Shown here: piece by piece, positions 59,901 to 64,000 of the stretch | How positions within the stretch are numbered: the first letter of the stretch is position 1 | Layout: every line of letters begins with the position of its first letter | Source of the DNA: Marsupella aquatica | Taxonomy: Eukaryota > Plantae > Marchantiophyta | Reading direction: 5' to 3' | NCBI GenBank assembly: GCA_973895155.1 | Contig: OZ316898.1 | Coordinates: 6,435,079 to 6,499,078 of the forward strand | Length of the DNA: 64,000 bases | Notes under the pieces: generated by a model | What the model was told of the DNA's origin: nothing | Seen by the model: only the letters and a program-made list of their open reading frames with translations | Databases searched by the model: none | Program-made: the position numbers and the translations under genes

Positions 59901-62900
59901 CTTCTCAGATAATTCAACACATCGCTGGAAACAACAAACGGCTGTTAAGTCATCCAATTGTCAGACAACCAATTTGGGAACGGCATGTCCATCAGTCCTG
60001 TAAGGCGAAACTTAAGGAGTGACAAACTAGCAGGAAAATTTGCAGTACAGAAAAGTAATGTGTGGGGTAGGGATGAGATCAACACCGATTCACGACGAGC
60101 ACATATGTCTCTTAGTGTCTTGTCCAGTTTTATGACTTCTGCCGTCAATTTCGGTTTAAATTTTCTATCAATCCTCTGCGGGGTTTCAATCCGGTTCCAC
60201 CTTTCCTGTTTGTGGGCAAGGACAAATATTTAGACGTTTCAGGTATTACGCATTCTTGCTTTCTGACGACTGGTAGAACATCTATCACGGAAAATTTGTT
60301 GGCATTTACAAGAAAAATGGGTGCAGTTCAGTCACGGGGTCGTCGTTAATCAAGAAAACAAAAACGGGAGCTGTCATCAAGACTCTCGAACTATCGATCA
60401 GATCCTGCCTTACCATCTCATCACGATTTTGGAAAAAGGTGCGTCTGACTGCATATTACATGGACTAAAGAAGTTTCGTAGATGAAGTTTTCTGAACACT
60501 CTAAACCGGTCCTTCAAAATAAAGTTAGGGGTCCATGGTAGTATGTTAACCTTGCACAATCTTACAATTTTGACTTTAATAAGGGTCAGTTCACGTGGAG
60601 TGAGTGCCAAGTAATATAAATTTGCAAGTGGTGGCTTTGACAGCTGTTCAAACAAGCCAGGCATGAGAAGACCAGCGTTCTCTTCACTGCGTTCAGTCCA
60701 GCAACCGACCTTGACGTAAGTTCTAGAAATGATGCTACCTGGAACTCATCAAAAGTCTGCTGCCGTTCATCCCTGGCCTGTAGGAATGATATAAATTGGT
60801 TAATCATCTGCACAAGAACAGAACACGCCATATCAACAGTTGATGGAGCATCACCTTTGAAGTTCATCTATTGACAAATAGGCTTGAGTGCAGTGCTTTG
60901 TCTTTTGCACGGTGTTCGCAAACGTGTTGTATGATCTGTAAGTTGGATGGATTACAAACACAACTTCCAAGGATTTAAACGTCGGTTGGAAACTGTTTCT
61001 CCAGTGCAATCAAGTTCCATGAACTGATGGACTACTAACAGAAATCAGTTGTCTCCAAGCAGTGAAATACCTCCACCACACGATTTCGTGTGATTGCTAT
61101 TTCTTGGTGCAACGTATAGAACACTGTCTCGAGTTGTGTCAAATAGTTGGCTTCCACACCCTCCCACTCTGTATGAAGTGACACTGTTGAACAATAAAAT
61201 TCAGGTTGAGACTTAGAAACTGATGAGACACCACGTCAGATCACGTCGTAAGCAGTGATCTACTTCCTAGTGTTGAGACAAGCCCATCATCTTATCCAGA
61301 CATTGGGGCTAATCTTTGACTAAGCAGTGCAAGGGACTTGCTGGTTGCGTCAGCGATAGAGCCCTCTGAATTGTCAAACACAATAGCCAAGCATAACCAC
61401 ATATATTCTGCAAGAACAGTAAGGAATAAATTAATGACACCTAGTACCTCTCCAAGAAATATCTTAACGCCCAATTTGAACCATTTACCCAAGACCATTT
61501 TGTTGGATTTAAGAATCAGAACAGAATCATTCAAAATAAGTAACTGTAGGTAGTTTGCATTTAAGAACATTTGTACCTGCCAGCTCTTTCTCAATGGACG
61601 GTGTCCCTTGGGATTCGGTAGGAGTAGGTGAAGCACTCAATTGGACAGGAATTCCTTGATCTGGAGAGGATACTTGAGTTGCCAAATCAACTGTACCCCT
61701 TTCACCTTTTGCATCCTTAGAGCCTTTCACGTCCTTGGTATCTTTTGCAACCTTCGCACCTTTTCCGTCCTTTCCTCCCTTTGCAGTCTTGGCATCTGCC
61801 TTGTCCTTTTTACTCCCTTCTTTTCTATCCTGAGGTGTCACCTCGGGCTTTGGCAATAGAGCTGCCGTAGCAGCTTCAAAAGCTACAACTGCTTTCTTAT
61901 GTGCTTCATCAGCTCGTAATGAGGCCTGCTTCGCGATTTCAGCAGCCTCCTCTGCCTCAGCTCTCAGGTGGAACGCAAACTCCAGATCTGCTCCTTCAAC
62001 ACTATCTTTTGCGAGACTAGCCTTTTGTTCAGCTTGTAATGAAGCCATTCCTGCAGCTTCTGCCGCTTCTTGTGCCTCCTTTGCAGCCTTGCAAACTTCA
62101 TCCAGCCTCTTGGACACTGTAACACTAGCTTTATCTTTTACAAGTTGTTTTGCCAACATGTCGCCACCTAAAGCATCTAGTCCCTGCTCAGTCTCAACTT
62201 CAGCTAGCTTGGCACACCACAACTTATGAGCTACATCATTAGCAAGCTTCTTGGCGTTTTCTGCATTTACCAATGCCTCGGAAGCCACACCCAGTGCCTC
62301 CAATCCTGCCTGGGCTGCTACTTTAGCTGCTTGTGTTTTGGACCATCCATCTAAAAACTTACCAGCAAGACGAATCGGCTCGACAGTGTCAATCATTGTT
62401 TTCCCATCTTGTTCTAGCTGTGCGATTGGGAAGACGTTCAGAATGTTTCCTAAGTATTGGCTAAGACGGGGCCAAATTTCTAGTCCTGCAATGATCTTCG
62501 GACGCACGACCTCCAACTCCTCCACTGGTACTAGTCGCTGAACAAGCCCTCTGAAAATACCCACGGAGAAAGCAACCGACAAGTATTAGAATTATTTTAG
62601 TTTTCCAGTGAATGACGTTACATTTGTTTACCCCGTAACATGTACTTGTGTACTTCAAGCATTCGATGAGCTGGTCCTGCATTTCAATCCAGCGAAATTG
62701 TATTCATCAGAGCATTGACTTTCATGAAGGGCGTTTCGGCTACTACTAATTCCTTTTTCCGGACTTTGCCTTGCATATTCTTGTGAGCACGTTAGGAGGC
62801 TTACTTTTCTTTTGGATTACTCTTCATGGTAGGGGGTGGATCATAATCTACGTGGTATAGTCGGCCAGTCTTTTCATCCATAACTTTTCCCATTGCCCGT

Positions 62901-64000
62901 CTTAAACATTCATTCTCATCAAGACCTTGCAGTTGGAAATATCCATCAAGCCCGGATCTCAGCTTCATCATCTGTCCATGAAGTCAAGGTCATCTTTCCG
63001 TCTGACATGCATGGACTCTCCCTTCAAAGCAATGCTAGAAATATCTATTTCTGAAAAAAGAGCCTCTCTAGACATGGTTTCCGAAAGAGATTGCAATCCA
63101 CATCGAGCAAAAAATTAAAACCTTGAGGCTTATAAGTCAAAAACACTGCAGCACATAACTGTAACGTTCATTTGCATTATCCACATGATACTCACGTACA
63201 AGCTTAGGAGGAGGGGCGATTCTGGAAGCCGCGGCTTGATGATTTTGGATATGGTCCAGATCAATTCCTGATAACCTCCACTCTAACGCCTTTGCTTCTC
63301 CAAAATTTGTTGGAAACCCGTCCAAGATGAATCCAAACACCTTGACCTCTTGGTCATCCCTCTCAGACTTGGATATAGGTTTTACTCTTGGAGAAGAAGT
63401 TGGTGATTTTCCTTTTTGAGAGGTAGGGGTACCTGCCTAAATTTTTGGGCTTAGGAGGTATTGCATGCACTACACCATGTGTGTTACCTTGTGGTAGATG
63501 TATTTCTAGCCAAGAGCCGAAAAGAAAGTACCGAACAGCATCATTCTGAGGTTACAGTTCATGTCAATGACAGGTCATCTGATTCGAACATCTAAAATAG
63601 CATGTAGCCAAAGAGGAATATCATCTAGGGTGAAGAGTAGTCATTGTGACCCTTGTGACTTACCTTTATTGATGGCAGCTTTGGGATTCTTTTTTGCAGC
63701 AGACCCTCCTTTGCCTCCTGGTAAGATAAAGAGTAGGACGTGTGACTGTCAGCATCTGTTCAAATTGCTATGAAGGTTAAGGGTCTAAAGTTCAGTTATA
63801 ATTTGAAGAACGAAATAAATGATACGATTAATTTAAGTGATTACATATTTTGCATGCGCCTGTGGCAAAGAAATCCTTTAGCTTAACAAATGCCCAACAG
63901 AGAAATGTTTCGGAGTTCAGAGTCTTTAGGTTCTCACCCTTCTTAGTATCGCCCTTCTGTAAAATATCTGGTTGGGCAGGGTGTGCATCAGCTGGCTCCC
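53938..64000 (-). CDS. SPEF2: Sperm flagellar protein 2 / CPC1-like central-pair protein, multi-exon; 5' end outside the window, 3' end uncertain (53938 or 52069)
   Basis: Exon 63196-63432 has the adenylate-kinase-like GFILDGFPT...AKALEWRLSG...SRIAPPP. Exons 60739-60807 (FISFLQARDERQQTFDEFQ) and 60086-60205 (RWNRI...LTAEVIKLDKTLRDICARR) match the conserved SPEF2 mid-region as I recall it. ~55246-55383 has VDWRGFLIAL. Large exon 61577-62550; small exon 63664-63717. Confidence 0.8.

Overview
Eukaryotic, intron-containing land-plant DNA. A SPEF2/CPC1-like central-pair flagellar gene implies a lineage with flagellated sperm (for example a bryophyte, lycophyte or fern). There are three spliced genes: an NDB1-type external alternative NAD(P)H dehydrogenase with an EF-hand (5979-12192, +), a P-class PPR protein with a degenerate C-terminal SMR-like domain (46754-51105, +), and the 3' part of the SPEF2-like gene (- strand, running off the right end). 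The left end holds the 5' end of a Ty1/copia element (LTR, PBS, start of gag) next to an inverted fragment of a related LTR. The most unusual part is 14.8-36.5 kb, which contains about 50 copies of one ~100-nt imperfect hairpin with conserved arms and a variable loop. These occur as dispersed copies between shuffled unique modules and as tandem arrays, including a homogeneous 28-unit array with 129/133-bp dimer structure. Copies left of a ~7-kb centre point one way (one exception) and copies to the right point the other way. A triple-nested set of TIR elements lies at 40.8-45.4 kb. All calls were made by eye; no searches or folding programs were run.
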